The notes beneath the pieces were generated by a model that saw nothing but the letters and a program-made list of their open reading frames with translations, did not search any database and was not told the DNA's origin. Positions 8,182 through 18,911 of a stretch of DNA of 64,000 nucleotides are shown piece by piece; position 1 is the stretch's first letter; the number at the start of each line of letters is the position of its first letter. This DNA is from Roseibacillus sp. (lineage in GTDB: Bacteria > Verrucomicrobiota > Verrucomicrobiia > Verrucomicrobiales > Akkermansiaceae), in contig JBPOGI010000003.1 of NCBI GenBank assembly GCA_051251855.1, positions 288,001 to 352,000 of the forward strand, read 5' to 3'. The translations under genes and the position numbers were made by a program.

Positions 8182-10143
8182 ATGAAATCAAGAATCCGAA
8201 CCCTGTCTTTTGCTTTGCTTTTGAGCGGAGCTATCGGTGCACAAGCAGCACCTATCCTCGTTCCCAACGGGGATTTTTCAACTCCAGGCGGCGAGGATTG
8301 GACTCAAGCTGAGTCTAGTGTCGAGGGCGGCGGGTCCACCATCATTACCTACGAGACAAGCGGCGGAAATCCCGGCGGCTATGGAAAAATTGATAACACT
8401 GCGGGATCTTGGGGCGGCGTTCTTGTTTCTGAAGGTGGTAGCGGACCCAATCCTGCCACTGGCGGAGGGATCGAGCTGTCCACTCTTGGACTTACTGCGG
8501 GAGAGACCTATACCTTCAGTCTCGACATGATTGATTTTGGAGCTGGTGGCACCATGGCTGGAATCAAGTTAGAGAGCTGGTCTGAAACGGGATATATTTC
8601 GGACAGCACCGACCAAAATTTTGCGACCACGACCTCTTGGGCAACTTATGATTATGACTACACCATCGATGCAGCGGCGACTCGAATCAAGGTCGTCCCG
8701 TTGTTGAGTGGCAGCCAGAATGAGATTGTAGGATTTGATAATATCCAAGTTGACAACACCGCCGTCGTGCCGCCGCCATTCGTAGCTTCTCAAATCGAGA
8801 ATGGCGGCTTCGAAGTCCCGAACGGGGTTGGCTGGGGAACGGTACAAGGCACCCCAGTGTATAATACCACCGGAGGAAATCCGGATGGCCATGTGGTCTT
8901 AGACGGAACTGCGGAATTCGCAGTATTGTATGCCTTTAATAACAGCGAGGTCACATTTGCTTCTCTTGGTCTCGCTCCTGGCGACACCTACATGTTGCAA
9001 ATGGACATTAAGCTTATTACAGGCGCATGGGGCGGAGGTTACCGCTTGGAAGGACCTGCAGGCTTTGTCATTGATGATATCTTTGATGTGATAGGTAATG
9101 GCTCGACGTGGGAGACCTATTCTGTGGAACTAACGGTTCCAGCTGGTCCTACGCAATCTAAGTTCGGTCTCCGTCCAGGAGGATCGGTCATGGCTTTCGA
9201 TAATGTGAGTATCGTTCGCCCAGGGTTAGACCCGTTCGCCGTCTGTATTGACCAAGGCACGGTTGTCTCTTGGACGCCCACCAGCGCTGTTAATTCTTAT
9301 CAGCCTCAGGCGTCGGACGACAACACGAACTGGACTGACCTAGGACCACGTATTGCTGGCGATGCTATTTCTTCCGTCTTTGATGAGGACGGTGCCGCAT
9401 TCTATCGTGTGCAAGAGTATATGGTCGACACCGCAGAGATCGTGCGTGATGGAGGTCTTGAGATTGGAAACGTCTGGGAATATATCAACAATGCTCCCGC
9501 CAATCATCAGCCTCCGGTTGATGTGGAGGATGCGGCTTTGGCCTTTGCAGGCGACTGGTTTGTCAGGTTAGCCGCCGACACCGGAACGGGCACCGATCCC
9601 AAAAGTTCCATTATGAATCAGCTGAACTCTCCAGTTGTTGCGGGAGGCTCTTATGATTTTTCGTTCCAAGCCTATGGTGAGTCTCGGGTGGAAGCTGAGT
9701 TCTTCTATTCCATCAAGTGGCTCGTGGAAGCAACGAGCGTTGTCGTGAATGAGCTTACAGTGAATTTCGACGACTTGGCAATCGGACAGTGGACGGAGAT
9801 TACGAACCCTGGACTTGTGGTTCCAGCAGGAGCCGACGCTGTGCTGATTGAAATCATCTGCGGCACTGGTGCTGTGGCTGGTCGATCTGGCTCTTTTCGT
9901 GTGGATGAGGTTTCCTTGGTTGGCGAAACCTCGACCTTCCTGCAGGACTTACCCGCGACTCCTGGAGATGGAGTGGTCCTCTCTTGGCCAACAGCGGTTG
10001 GAGCAAGTTATCAGGTCAAGTCTTCTGCGGACTTGATGACCTTCACTGACCTGGGAGGACCCATGGTTGGTGATGGTTCAACTATGACCTTGGGAGAAGC
10101 TGCGGCTTCTAAAAAGTTCTTCCAAGTTGTGGAGACCCCCTAG
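8182..10143 (+). CDS. Secreted protein with three CBM-like domains and F[FY]xV tail modules
   Basis: Signal peptide (GAQA); domains start LVPNGDFS, IENGGFE, VRDGGLE; ends KKFFQVVETP. Confidence 0.8.
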   Translation: MKSRIRTLSFALLLSGAIGAQAAPILVPNGDFSTPGGEDWTQAESSVEGGGSTIITYETSGGNPGGYGKIDNTAGSWGGVLVSEGGSGPNPATGGGIELSTLGLTAGETYTFSLDMIDFGAGGTMAGIKLESWSETGYISDSTDQNFATTTSWATYDYDYTIDAAATRIKVVPLLSGSQNEIVGFDNIQVDNTAVVPPPFVASQIENGGFEVPNGVGWGTVQGTPVYNTTGGNPDGHVVLDGTAEFAVLYAFNNSEVTFASLGLAPGDTYMLQMDIKLITGAWGGGYRLEGPAGFVIDDIFDVIGNGSTWETYSVELTVPAGPTQSKFGLRPGGSVMAFDNVSIVRPGLDPFAVCIDQGTVVSWTPTSAVNSYQPQASDDNTNWTDLGPRIAGDAISSVFDEDGAAFYRVQEYMVDTAEIVRDGGLEIGNVWEYINNAPANHQPPVDVEDAALAFAGDWFVRLAADTGTGTDPKSSIMNQLNSPVVAGGSYDFSFQAYGESRVEAEFFYSIKWLVEATSVVVNELTVNFDDLAIGQWTEITNPGLVVPAGADAVLIEIICGTGAVAGRSGSFRVDEVSLVGETSTFLQDLPATPGDGVVLSWPTAVGASYQVKSSADLMTFTDLGGPMVGDGSTMTLGEAAASKKFFQVVETP

Positions 10144-10169
10144 CTTTTCTCTTGATTTACTTTTTTCCC

Positions 10170-10208
10170 TACGGGTCACTGTCCTTTTGACGGTGGCCCG
10201 TATTTTTT
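10170..10208 (+). terminator. Intrinsic terminator
   Basis: tacgggtcactgtc-cttt-tgacggtggcccgta followed by a T-run. Confidence 0.8.
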
Positions 10209-10257
10209 GGTTCTGGAATCGTGCTTTTTACAAGCAGCGGTCGCCAAGAAAAAGGAG

Positions 10258-10334
<77 letters not shown>

Positions 10335-10487
10335 GTTCTGGCAGGCCTTGGGTTTGCCTGACAGGAATTCACTTATACCAACTCTCGAAGCACGTCAATG
10401 TTCTGGGGGGCTCTTGGGAGTCGCTATAAAAACTCACCTTTGCGTTTTGGGTTCGCATCCTGAAGGGGCCGCCTATTAGGTTGGGCT

Positions 10488-12512
10488 ATGCGACAAACTC
10501 TCGGAATATTCCTCTGCGCGGTGCTTCAGGCTGTTGGGCCCATGGGGGCGGCTCCTAACATTATCTTTATTCTTTGTGATGACTTGGGATACGGCGACCT
10601 CGGGGTAACTTGGCAGAAAGAGCGAGATGGAGAGAAGAAGCATCATACGCCTCATCTCGATCAGATGGCGGCGGAGGGGGTCTTGATGACGAGGCATTAC
10701 TGTCCGGCTCCAGTCTGTGCGCCATCGCGAGCTTCGTTTCTAACAGGGTTTCATCAGGGGCATTGTGGGATTCGGAACAATCAGTTCGATAAGGCGCTGC
10801 CAGATGATCATACTATTGCGAGCACTCTGAAAGCTGGTGGCTACCGGACTGCGCTGGTGGGGAAGTATGGTTTGCAGGGCAAGGGAAAGTCGCCACGTGA
10901 GTGGCCGGCCTATCCTACTAAGCGTGGTTTTGATGACTTCCTCGGATACGTTCGTCACGCGGATGGGCATTTGCACTATCCGGCACACAAGTGGCCGTTG
11001 GGAAATAGCGAGGGCCATCGCTCGAAGAAGGAACTGTGGCACAATGAGGAGGAGATATCGGGTTCGTTGGCGAAGTGTTTTACCTCTGACCTTTTTACGG
11101 CCTATGCCAAGAAATGGATTGTTGATGGGCTGCGGGAAAATCCGGAGCAGCCTTTCTTCTTGTACTTGGCCTACGACACACCGCACGCCGCTTTGCAATA
11201 CCCAACGAGCGCCTATCCCGAGGGGGGTGGATTAGAAGGTGGGCTGCAGTGGTTGGGTGAACCGGGAAAGATGATTAATACGGCCGTGGGTAAGGTGGAT
11301 TCTTGGATGCATCCGGAACATGATAATGCGGACTGGAATGAGTCTGAGAAGAGGCAGGCGGGGATGATTCGCAGAATTGATGATCACGTGGGAGATTTGA
11401 TTCAGCTTCTCAAGGATCTTGAAGTCGATGAGGAGACGCTGGTGGTCTTCACGAGTGATAACGGCCCTCATGATGTTCATTATTTGGCGGAGGGCGATTA
11501 TGATGCGAGCCGCTTTCAGGCCTATGGACCGCTCAATGGCATTAAGCGTGATGTCTTAGAAGGGGGGATTCGGATGCCTGCCTTGGCGCGTTGGCCAAAG
11601 TCGATTCCGGCGGGGCAGGTGGACCGTTCGCCTTCGCAGTTCCATGATTGGATGACCACATTCCTGGCGGCAGCGGGAATGCCTCTTCCGGCACAGGCAG
11701 ATGGGGTTTCTCTTTTGCCTGCGTTGACTGGTCAGGGAAAGAGGGCTGAGAGTACGGTTTATGTCGAATATAGTAATGGTTCGAGGACGCCGAGTTATGA
11801 GGACTTTCTGCCAAAGTATCAGGGTCAGAAGCGTGGCGAGCAGCAGGTAATATTCTTAGATGGCTATAAGGGGATTCGTAGGAACCTAAAAAAGGCTGAT
11901 GAGTATTTTCAGATTTTTGATATCGAGGAGGATGAGCGCGAGAAAGTGGACTTGGCTGATTCGAGTCCGCAGTTCAAAGCATTGCAGAGGAAGATGCAGG
12001 AAAGGGTGTTGCGATTGCGCCGGCCCTCGAAGAACGCCAAACGTCCCTATGATACGTTGCCGATTCCTGCGATGGCACCTTGCGAGACCAAGAAGGGGCT
12101 CAATCGGCAATTTATGGCAGGGGAGTTTCCCTGGGTGCCTCGCTTGAAAGAGGGTGAGGGAGAGGTAGTCTCGAACCTTCAATTCGTGACCGAAGAGGCG
12201 GGGGCGGTTTGGTTCAGCGGTCTTATCGAAGTTGCTGTGGAGGGGGATTTTGTTTTTCGATTGGGGGAGCAGGGGGAAGCGGTCTTTCATCTCCATGATT
12301 GTTTAGTGCTGGATTCCGATATTCCGAAACAGATTGGAGGAAGTAGAGAAGCGACGGTGAAGCTGGCTAAAGGGCTGCACCCTTTTCGGCTGGGCGCTGT
12401 AATTTCGAAGAGGGCGCCAGACTTTGAGGTGACTGGGCCTGTGGGTTCGGATATCTCTTTTCGATTACTGGGTAAATCTGAGCAGTCAGCTGTAAATAAA
12501 GACGCTCAGTAG
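10488..12512 (+). CDS. Secreted formylglycine-dependent (S1) sulfatase with a PA14-like C-terminal domain
   Basis: PNIIFILCDDLGYGD, CAPSR (CxPxR), FTSDNG, GIKRDVLEGGIR; C-terminal beta-rich extension. Confidence 0.92.
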   Translation: MRQTLGIFLCAVLQAVGPMGAAPNIIFILCDDLGYGDLGVTWQKERDGEKKHHTPHLDQMAAEGVLMTRHYCPAPVCAPSRASFLTGFHQGHCGIRNNQFDKALPDDHTIASTLKAGGYRTALVGKYGLQGKGKSPREWPAYPTKRGFDDFLGYVRHADGHLHYPAHKWPLGNSEGHRSKKELWHNEEEISGSLAKCFTSDLFTAYAKKWIVDGLRENPEQPFFLYLAYDTPHAALQYPTSAYPEGGGLEGGLQWLGEPGKMINTAVGKVDSWMHPEHDNADWNESEKRQAGMIRRIDDHVGDLIQLLKDLEVDEETLVVFTSDNGPHDVHYLAEGDYDASRFQAYGPLNGIKRDVLEGGIRMPALARWPKSIPAGQVDRSPSQFHDWMTTFLAAAGMPLPAQADGVSLLPALTGQGKRAESTVYVEYSNGSRTPSYEDFLPKYQGQKRGEQQVIFLDGYKGIRRNLKKADEYFQIFDIEEDEREKVDLADSSPQFKALQRKMQERVLRLRRPSKNAKRPYDTLPIPAMAPCETKKGLNRQFMAGEFPWVPRLKEGEGEVVSNLQFVTEEAGAVWFSGLIEVAVEGDFVFRLGEQGEAVFHLHDCLVLDSDIPKQIGGSREATVKLAKGLHPFRLGAVISKRAPDFEVTGPVGSDISFRLLGKSEQSAVNKDAQ

Positions 12513-12557
12513 CTTGTTTGATAAGGCCCAAGTTCGGTGTTAGCCTTGGCCCTTCTC

Positions 12558-14564
12558 ATGACTTCTGTTCGAAATTGTATTCTTAGCTTGCTAGCGGTGT
12601 CCTCCGCTCTGACCCACCCGTTAGTTGCTGTGGAGGAGGTGTTGGTGGGCTGGCATGAGTTTGATGCAAGCAATAGGCACCGTTTTCTCAACAGCGCTAA
12701 GGACGCGTTTAGCGACTTTAATCGAATATCTGGCAAGTTGTATGGTGGTAATGGCAGTCGGTCGGGATGGAGTTCTACCGATGGTCAGTATGGAGGCAGT
12801 GTCTCCGTTGGGCCGATTGTGACGGATGGCTCTATGAGCATGCGGACTGATAGTGGAGCACTCTTCTTTTTGTTAGAGAATGGGAGCACGGGCAGCGTGA
12901 CTTTGAGTCGTATCCTTTTTGATTTTGCGAGCATTAACAATAATTCGCCTCGAAATCTCCATCTTTACTATGACCAGGGTGACCTTGCTGTGGGCAACAA
13001 TACGCTCATAGAGTCATGGCTTTCGATTCACAATGGCTTGGGATTACTGAGTGACTATGAGGATGTGGAGGTGGATTTGTCGGGATTGGCGGATCGGGTC
13101 TTGGGGCCGGGCCAAACGGCGAGGTTTCGGTTGCAGGTAGATACGGCGAGTAATCCGACACAAGCGCTGGGAATCGATAATCTCGCGATTACAGGAGAGA
13201 CGACAGACTTTCGGATTCTGACCTATAACATCCATGGGGGAAAGGGGCCGAATGGGGAGGGGGACTTGGTTTCCAACATCACCGCTTTCCGCGAGACGTT
13301 GATGCAGAATGAAGATGTGCTTTGCCTTCAAGAGGTGGATGTGGGTGCGAACTGGACTACTCTGAAAGGTCTTTTTCCTGACTATCCTTATACAATTCAG
13401 ACAGTGAATACGACGACGGGTTTTATTTGGCCGTGGGAGTCACAGCAGCAAACTTCGATAGCAATCTTGTCGAAATATCCTTTCACGCAAACGCATGAGC
13501 AGTTGATCCAAATCGACCCCGGGGGCGATAGATGGGAACGATATGCTCATCATGTGACCATTGAGGCTGGAGGAGTTCCCTACGATATTTTTCACTACCA
13601 CAATACTTACAATTTCAACGACGATGATTTCGCGTCTGAGAAGGCGGGGATGGTCAAGTTTCGTGACTACGCCTTGAATCGGATGAGCCTCAATTCTTTG
13701 AGTGAGGGAAGGCGCATGGTTTTGTTAGGGGATTACAATATTTTTCAAGATGATGTGGTGGAGATTGTTCCAACTCGAGCGCGCCGAAGCAACGGTCGAG
13801 ACCACATCACGGGGCAGGATTTTTTTGCGAGTTCGGGAGTATATCAATCGGGTTTGCTTTCGGATCATAATGTGGTGTGGGCCTTTATGGATGTGGCTCC
13901 TCCTGTTCCGGTAACAGCGGAGTGGGCGGTGGTGCCTGCTGCAGAGAGTGAGAGCATGGCCGTGATGACGGCTCAGACGGCCTACGACCCTCGGGGGGTG
14001 GAGTATTATTTTTCGAATTTGAGCGTGCCAGATGGAAGCCATGATAGTGGATGGCAGACGAGTGCTTTTTATCGGGACACAGGATTGCAACCGGCGACAA
14101 GTTATCAGTATGCGGTGATGACGCGCGACCAATCAGGCAATCAGAACGAGGGGTTGGCTGCGACCTCCTTTGCAGTCGTGACTGAGGATGGTGATGCGGT
14201 GCCGGATGCTTGGGAGATGCAATATTTTGGCAATGTGACGGAGACCCAAGGCGCTACAGGACAGGACTGGGACGGCGATGGTTCGGACGATTACTCGGAG
14301 TGGATTGCTGGAACGGATCCGACCGATGCTTCTTCCTATTTGCAAGCATGGATGGAGGCCGGGGGCAGCGCTGGGGTAGTCGATCTTTGCTGGAACGGGT
14401 TGGCAGGAAAGAGTTATCAGGTGCTGACTTCTTCAAGTCTAGAGACACCGGTCTCAGAATGGACAGTGGTGGTTTCTGATAGTGAGGCGGAGCTGACTGA
14501 GCATCGCTATGAGATTACGGTGGCTTCCGGTGCGCAGTTCTTTTGCGTGGCGGTGTCGTTGTAG
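12558..14564 (+). CDS. Secreted endonuclease/exonuclease/phosphatase (EEP) domain protein with Fn3-like, Ca-binding Asp-rich and FFxV tail regions
   Basis: RILTYNIHGG, LCLQEVD, LLGDYN, SDH; DWDGDGSDDYSEWIAGTDP; ends QFFCVAVSL; start could be the GTG at 12537. Confidence 0.78.
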   Translation: MTSVRNCILSLLAVSSALTHPLVAVEEVLVGWHEFDASNRHRFLNSAKDAFSDFNRISGKLYGGNGSRSGWSSTDGQYGGSVSVGPIVTDGSMSMRTDSGALFFLLENGSTGSVTLSRILFDFASINNNSPRNLHLYYDQGDLAVGNNTLIESWLSIHNGLGLLSDYEDVEVDLSGLADRVLGPGQTARFRLQVDTASNPTQALGIDNLAITGETTDFRILTYNIHGGKGPNGEGDLVSNITAFRETLMQNEDVLCLQEVDVGANWTTLKGLFPDYPYTIQTVNTTTGFIWPWESQQQTSIAILSKYPFTQTHEQLIQIDPGGDRWERYAHHVTIEAGGVPYDIFHYHNTYNFNDDDFASEKAGMVKFRDYALNRMSLNSLSEGRRMVLLGDYNIFQDDVVEIVPTRARRSNGRDHITGQDFFASSGVYQSGLLSDHNVVWAFMDVAPPVPVTAEWAVVPAAESESMAVMTAQTAYDPRGVEYYFSNLSVPDGSHDSGWQTSAFYRDTGLQPATSYQYAVMTRDQSGNQNEGLAATSFAVVTEDGDAVPDAWEMQYFGNVTETQGATGQDWDGDGSDDYSEWIAGTDPTDASSYLQAWMEAGGSAGVVDLCWNGLAGKSYQVLTSSSLETPVSEWTVVVSDSEAELTEHRYEITVASGAQFFCVAVSL

Positions 14565-14566
14565 AG

Positions 14567-15484
14567 CTAGTTCTTGCGGGCGATGGCGAGCAAGGTTTGA
14601 AAGTGAGGTGGCTGCTCTTCGCGGTCGACAATGGTGGTAGATGTTTCTGAGAAACCGGCTCCTTCTAAAAGTTCGCCAAGGTGAATTTCAGAGAATCCCA
14701 AGTGAACATCGTAATAGAGTTCACGGGCTTGTTCGAAGCTATGTTGGAGTAGGTCGAGGACGACGAGGGTGCCACCGGGCTTGAGAATGCGATAGGCTTC
14801 GGCAAGAGCGGTAGCGGGATTTTGTGCGTGGTGAAGAGCTTGTGAGAAGAGGGCGAGGTCGACACTGTTTTCGTCGATGGGAATTTTTTCTATCTCCCCG
14901 AGGCGAAAGTCGAGGTTGGGGAGTTGGTGCTTCTTTGCGAGTTCTTTGCCGAACTCGACCATCTTGGGGGAGTTGTCGATGGCAATGACGTGTTGGGCGC
15001 TTTGGGCAAAGAGCTGGGCTGCGGTTCCTTCACCAGCGCCGAGGTCGGCGACGACGTTGAAGGAGTGAATCTTGAGAAGGGCTTCGGCGAGTGACTTCCA
15101 AGAACGGCCGGGGACATAGTGTTTCCCGAATTTTCCTGCGAGTTGGTCGAAGTAGGCTCGAGTGGTGTCTTTGCGCTTACGCAGAATATGCTTGAGGGTC
15201 TGCAGATCGGACTTGTGTTCGGGGAGTTCCTTGGCCGCTTTTTCAGCAATGGCTTGGAGCTCGCGAGGAATGGTTGCGTGGTAGATGTTACTCTTGCCAG
15301 ATCGAGTATCGGTGATGAGCGCAGACTTCTTAAGTTGAGCGAGTTGAGTCGAAATTCGAGACTGGCCCATGGCGAGGATTTCTTGGAGCTCGGCCACCGA
15401 TAGTTGTTCCCGGGATAACAAGAGCAATAATCGCAGCCGAGTTGGATCAGCGAGAAGTTTAAGAGAGTTAAGTATTGACTGCAT
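14567..15484 (-). CDS. ArsR-family HTH fused to a SAM-methyltransferase domain (SahR-type regulator)
   Basis: LKLLADPTRLRLL...QSRISTQLAQL HTH; ADLGAGEG SAM motif; divergent from metK-ahcY. Confidence 0.88.
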   Translation of the reverse strand: MQSILNSLKLLADPTRLRLLLLLSREQLSVAELQEILAMGQSRISTQLAQLKKSALITDTRSGKSNIYHATIPRELQAIAEKAAKELPEHKSDLQTLKHILRKRKDTTRAYFDQLAGKFGKHYVPGRSWKSLAEALLKIHSFNVVADLGAGEGTAAQLFAQSAQHVIAIDNSPKMVEFGKELAKKHQLPNLDFRLGEIEKIPIDENSVDLALFSQALHHAQNPATALAEAYRILKPGGTLVVLDLLQHSFEQARELYYDVHLGFSEIHLGELLEGAGFSETSTTIVDREEQPPHFQTLLAIARKN

Positions 15485-15507
15485 GACAAAATCGGCTTAA
15501 TCGTTGC

Positions 15508-15531
15508 ATCAACGAATCGCGATTCGTTGAT
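15508..15531. promoter_or_regulatory. Perfect 24-bp palindrome, candidate SahR operator
   Basis: ATCAACGAATCGCGATTCGTTGAT in the 64-bp regulator/metK gap. Confidence 0.7.
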
Positions 15532-15548
15532 ATCAAAATTATTGAGTT

Positions 15549-16748
15549 ATGGCCAAGACGTTTATTTTTTCCTCCGAATCGGTGACTGAGGGTCACCCAG
15601 ACAAAGTGTGTGATACAGTTTCTGATGCAGTTCTCGACGCCTGTTTGGCGCAGGACTCTGCCAGTCGTGTCGCTTGTGAAACCTTCGTAAAGGACAATGT
15701 GGTTGGCCTTGCCGGTGAAATTACGACTTCTGCTGAGTTTGACTACGGCGCTGTTGTGAAGAACACCATTAAAGAAATTGGTTACGACGAGGATTACGCG
15801 GAGGGAACTCCATATTCTTACGATTGTAAGTTCGAGAAGGGTGCCCTTTTCATGAACCTTCTGGGCCGTCAGTCTCCTGATATTGCGCAGGGAGTTGACG
15901 CGGCTGCTGCTGACAACAAGGACACTGCTGAGCAGGGTGCTGGTGACCAGGGAATCATGTTTGGTTACGCTAATGCTGAGACTCCCGAGTTGATGCCTGC
16001 TCCAGTCCTCTATTCCCACAAGTTGGGTGAGGCTTTGACCAACCTTCGTAAGGATAAGACGCATACTTGGTTGCGTCCCGACTCCAAGACTCAGGTTTCT
16101 ATCGAGTATGTTGACGGCAAGCCTAACCGCATCACTGCAGTGGTCGTTTCCACCATGCACGCGGCCGAAATCACTACTCCTGAAATTCGTGAGCTTCTCA
16201 AGCGCGACCTCATCGACAAGGTGCTTCCTCAAGAGCTTCTCACCGACGACACCGAACTCCTTATCAATCCTACTGGTCTTTTCATCATTGGTGGACCCGA
16301 AGGTGATGCCGGTCTAACAGGTCGTAAGATTATCGTTGATACCTACGGAGGCATGGGCCGTCACGGTGGTGGTGCTTTCTCTGGTAAAGACCCTTCCAAG
16401 GTAGACCGCTCAGCCGCTTACATGTGCCGCTGGGTTGCTAAGAATATCGTCGCTGCTGGTCTCGCGACCCAATGCGAGCTTCAGACTGCTTATGCGATTG
16501 GATATCCCCATCCCGTCAGCCTCAATGTCGATACCTTCGGAACCGGCACTGTTTCTGAAGAGGCTATCGAAAAAGCGGTGAGCGAGGTCTTCTCCTTCAA
16601 GCCTGCGGATATCGTTTCTCAGCTTGATCTTCTCCGTCCTATCTACGGTAAGTCCACTAACTATGGCCACTTTGGTCGTGAGGACGCCGGACTTCCTTGG
16701 GAAGAGAAGAACAAGGTTGCGGACCTTAAGTCAGCAGTTGGAGCCTAA
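15549..16748 (+). CDS. metK: S-adenosylmethionine synthetase
   Basis: [33 protein letters not shown]. Confidence 0.98.
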   Translation: MAKTFIFSSESVTEGHPDKVCDTVSDAVLDACLAQDSASRVACETFVKDNVVGLAGEITTSAEFDYGAVVKNTIKEIGYDEDYAEGTPYSYDCKFEKGALFMNLLGRQSPDIAQGVDAAAADNKDTAEQGAGDQGIMFGYANAETPELMPAPVLYSHKLGEALTNLRKDKTHTWLRPDSKTQVSIEYVDGKPNRITAVVVSTMHAAEITTPEIRELLKRDLIDKVLPQELLTDDTELLINPTGLFIIGGPEGDAGLTGRKIIVDTYGGMGRHGGGAFSGKDPSKVDRSAAYMCRWVAKNIVAAGLATQCELQTAYAIGYPHPVSLNVDTFGTGTVSEEAIEKAVSEVFSFKPADIVSQLDLLRPIYGKSTNYGHFGREDAGLPWEEKNKVADLKSAVGA

Positions 16749-16793
16749 TCCTCCTCAATTTCAGAACGAAAAACTTAAAAACTAAATTTACAG

Positions 16794-18200
16794 ATGAGCG
16801 AAGACTATAAAGTAAAAGACATTGGATTGGCCGATTTTGGCCGTAAGGAGATTGACATCGCGGAGCATGAGATGCCCGGCTTGATGCAGATTGCAGAAAA
16901 GTATGGTGCCGATGCTCCTCTTAAAGGTGTCCGCGTCATGGGTTCATTGCACATGACCATTCAGACGGCAGTTTTGATTGAAGCGTTGAAGAAAGTCGGT
17001 GCCGATGTGCGCTGGTGTTCTTGTAACATTTTCTCAACTCAGGACCACGCCGCGGCAGTGATTGCTGCAGGTGGCACTCCTGTCTTTGCCTGGAAGGGCG
17101 AGACTCTGGAGGAATACTGGTGGTGCACATGGCAGGCGCTTCAGTTCCCAGGAGGTTTGGGACCGCAGATGATTGTGGACGATGGCGGCGACGCGACTCT
17201 TCTTCTCCACAAAGGGGTTGAGCTTGAGAATGGATCCGATTGGGTCAACGAGCCTGCTTCTTCTCAGGAAGAGGGAGTCATCAAGGACCTTCTTAAGCAG
17301 ATTCACAAGGACCGTCCAGGCGTGTTCACCGAGTTCATGAAAGAGCTCAAAGGTGTCTCCGAGGAGACCACCACTGGTGTTCACCGCCTCTACAAGATGC
17401 ATGAAGAGGGTAAGTTGATGGTTCCTGCGATCAACGTGAACGACTCTGTGACCAAGTCAAAATTCGACAACCTCTACGGTTGCCGCGAGTCCCTCGTCGA
17501 CGGCATCAAGCGTGCGACTGACGTGATGATTTCCGGTAAGGTCGGTGTGGTCTGTGGATACGGTGATGTCGGCAAAGGTTGTGCCCAAGCACTTCGTGCC
17601 CAAGGCGCTCAGGTAGTCGTGACCGAGGTGGACCCCATTTGCGCGCTGCAAGCGGCGATGGAAGGCTTCCGCGTTCTCACTATTGAGGACACTCTTGGTT
17701 GGGGTGACATCTACGTCACCACTACTGGTAACTACGACATCATCCGCTTCGAGCACATGGAGAAGATGAAGGACCAGGCGATCGTTTGTAACATTGGTCA
17801 CTTCGACAACGAGATTCAGATGGAGAAGCTTGAGAACGCGAAGGATGTGGTTCACACCAACATCAAGCCTCAGGTCGACAAGTATACTTTCCCAAGCGGA
17901 AACAGCATTTACATGCTCGCCGAAGGCCGTCTAGTGAACCTTGGTTGCGGCACAGGTCACCCTAGCTTCGTGATGTCTAACAGCTTCACTAACCAAGTCC
18001 TCGCACAAATCGAGCTTTGGAAGACTCGCGAGACCCGCGAAATCGGAGTGGAAGTGCTTCCTAAGCACCTCGACGAAGAAGTGGCACGTCTCCACTTGGA
18101 GAAGATTGGTTGTAAGCTGACCGTTCTTTCCGAGAAGCAAGCGGACTACATCGGCGTGAAGCCCGAAGGTCCGTTCAAGGGCGAGACTTACCGTTACTAG
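16794..18200 (+). CDS. ahcY: Adenosylhomocysteinase
   Basis: [44 protein letters not shown]. Confidence 0.98.
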   Translation: MSEDYKVKDIGLADFGRKEIDIAEHEMPGLMQIAEKYGADAPLKGVRVMGSLHMTIQTAVLIEALKKVGADVRWCSCNIFSTQDHAAAVIAAGGTPVFAWKGETLEEYWWCTWQALQFPGGLGPQMIVDDGGDATLLLHKGVELENGSDWVNEPASSQEEGVIKDLLKQIHKDRPGVFTEFMKELKGVSEETTTGVHRLYKMHEEGKLMVPAINVNDSVTKSKFDNLYGCRESLVDGIKRATDVMISGKVGVVCGYGDVGKGCAQALRAQGAQVVVTEVDPICALQAAMEGFRVLTIEDTLGWGDIYVTTTGNYDIIRFEHMEKMKDQAIVCNIGHFDNEIQMEKLENAKDVVHTNIKPQVDKYTFPSGNSIYMLAEGRLVNLGCGTGHPSFVMSNSFTNQVLAQIELWKTRETREIGVEVLPKHLDEEVARLHLEKIGCKLTVLSEKQADYIGVKPEGPFKGETYRY

Positions 18201-18230
18201 TTCTTTAAGAATTTCAGCAACACACGCAGG

Positions 18231-18260
18231 AACGGTCTCTCTTCGGAGAGGCCGTTTTTT
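18231..18260 (+). terminator. Intrinsic terminator after ahcY
   Basis: aacggtctctc-ttcg-gagaggccgtt plus a T-run. Confidence 0.85.
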
Positions 18261-18288
18261 GTGGCAACGCGTATTTGGTCGTAGAGAG

Positions 18289-18642
18289 TCAGGGTAAACG
18301 TTTGATATCTCGGTTCAGCTTCTCGATTTCTTTTGATAATTGGAGCATGACAGGATGCTTCGGACCAAGGCCTTCTTTCGCATTCCTATCGCGCTCTTTT
18401 GCCAACTCGATGCGCCGGTTCACGAGTGGATGGTGAAACTTACTCACAGAGTTGGAAGACTTGGTTGCGGTGAACTTTTCACGTTGCATCTCCACTTTGC
18501 GAGAACTGGACGAGGTATTCAGAATGAGGTTGGTATCGTTCTCTTCGGAGCTCGTAGGATTTTCGGCCTTCCGAAGAGCCATGAGCGTTGCGGAGGCCAA
18601 AATCAAACAGCCGAAAATTGCGAGAGGGAGAGAACTTGTCAC
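18289..18642 (-). CDS. Small hypothetical membrane-anchored protein
   Basis: N-terminal hydrophobic helix; GLGPKHPVMLQL helical-hairpin motif as in polysaccharide co-polymerase coiled coils. Confidence 0.55.
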   Translation of the reverse strand: MTSSLPLAIFGCLILASATLMALRKAENPTSSEENDTNLILNTSSSSRKVEMQREKFTATKSSNSVSKFHHPLVNRRIELAKERDRNAKEGLGPKHPVMLQLSKEIEKLNRDIKRLP

Positions 18643-18911
18643 TTACCATTCACCGACGGGACTGTGGGTTTTTGTCTTGCAGGTTTGAGGATAGAAAAAA
18701 TTCCTCGCGAACCTTTTCTCTCTGGTGAATAAAAAATCAGAGTTGAAGTTTTGCGCTGCGACTACGTTTTTAGCCTGGGGACTTTTGGGGATCTGGTTTT
18801 TTCTATGATGCTAGTCCTTAACGCAGTGTCATTTGACTAAAGTCGACGCTCCGGAGGATTCTGGTGGAAATCTCGCTCTACCTTTTTCCGGAGACGTGAT
18901 AGACTTCTTCC

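Noticed and set aside
15485..15548. SAM riboswitch upstream of metK
   Set aside because: Only 64 bp, shared with a divergent gene, and no riboswitch core seen; a protein operator fits better
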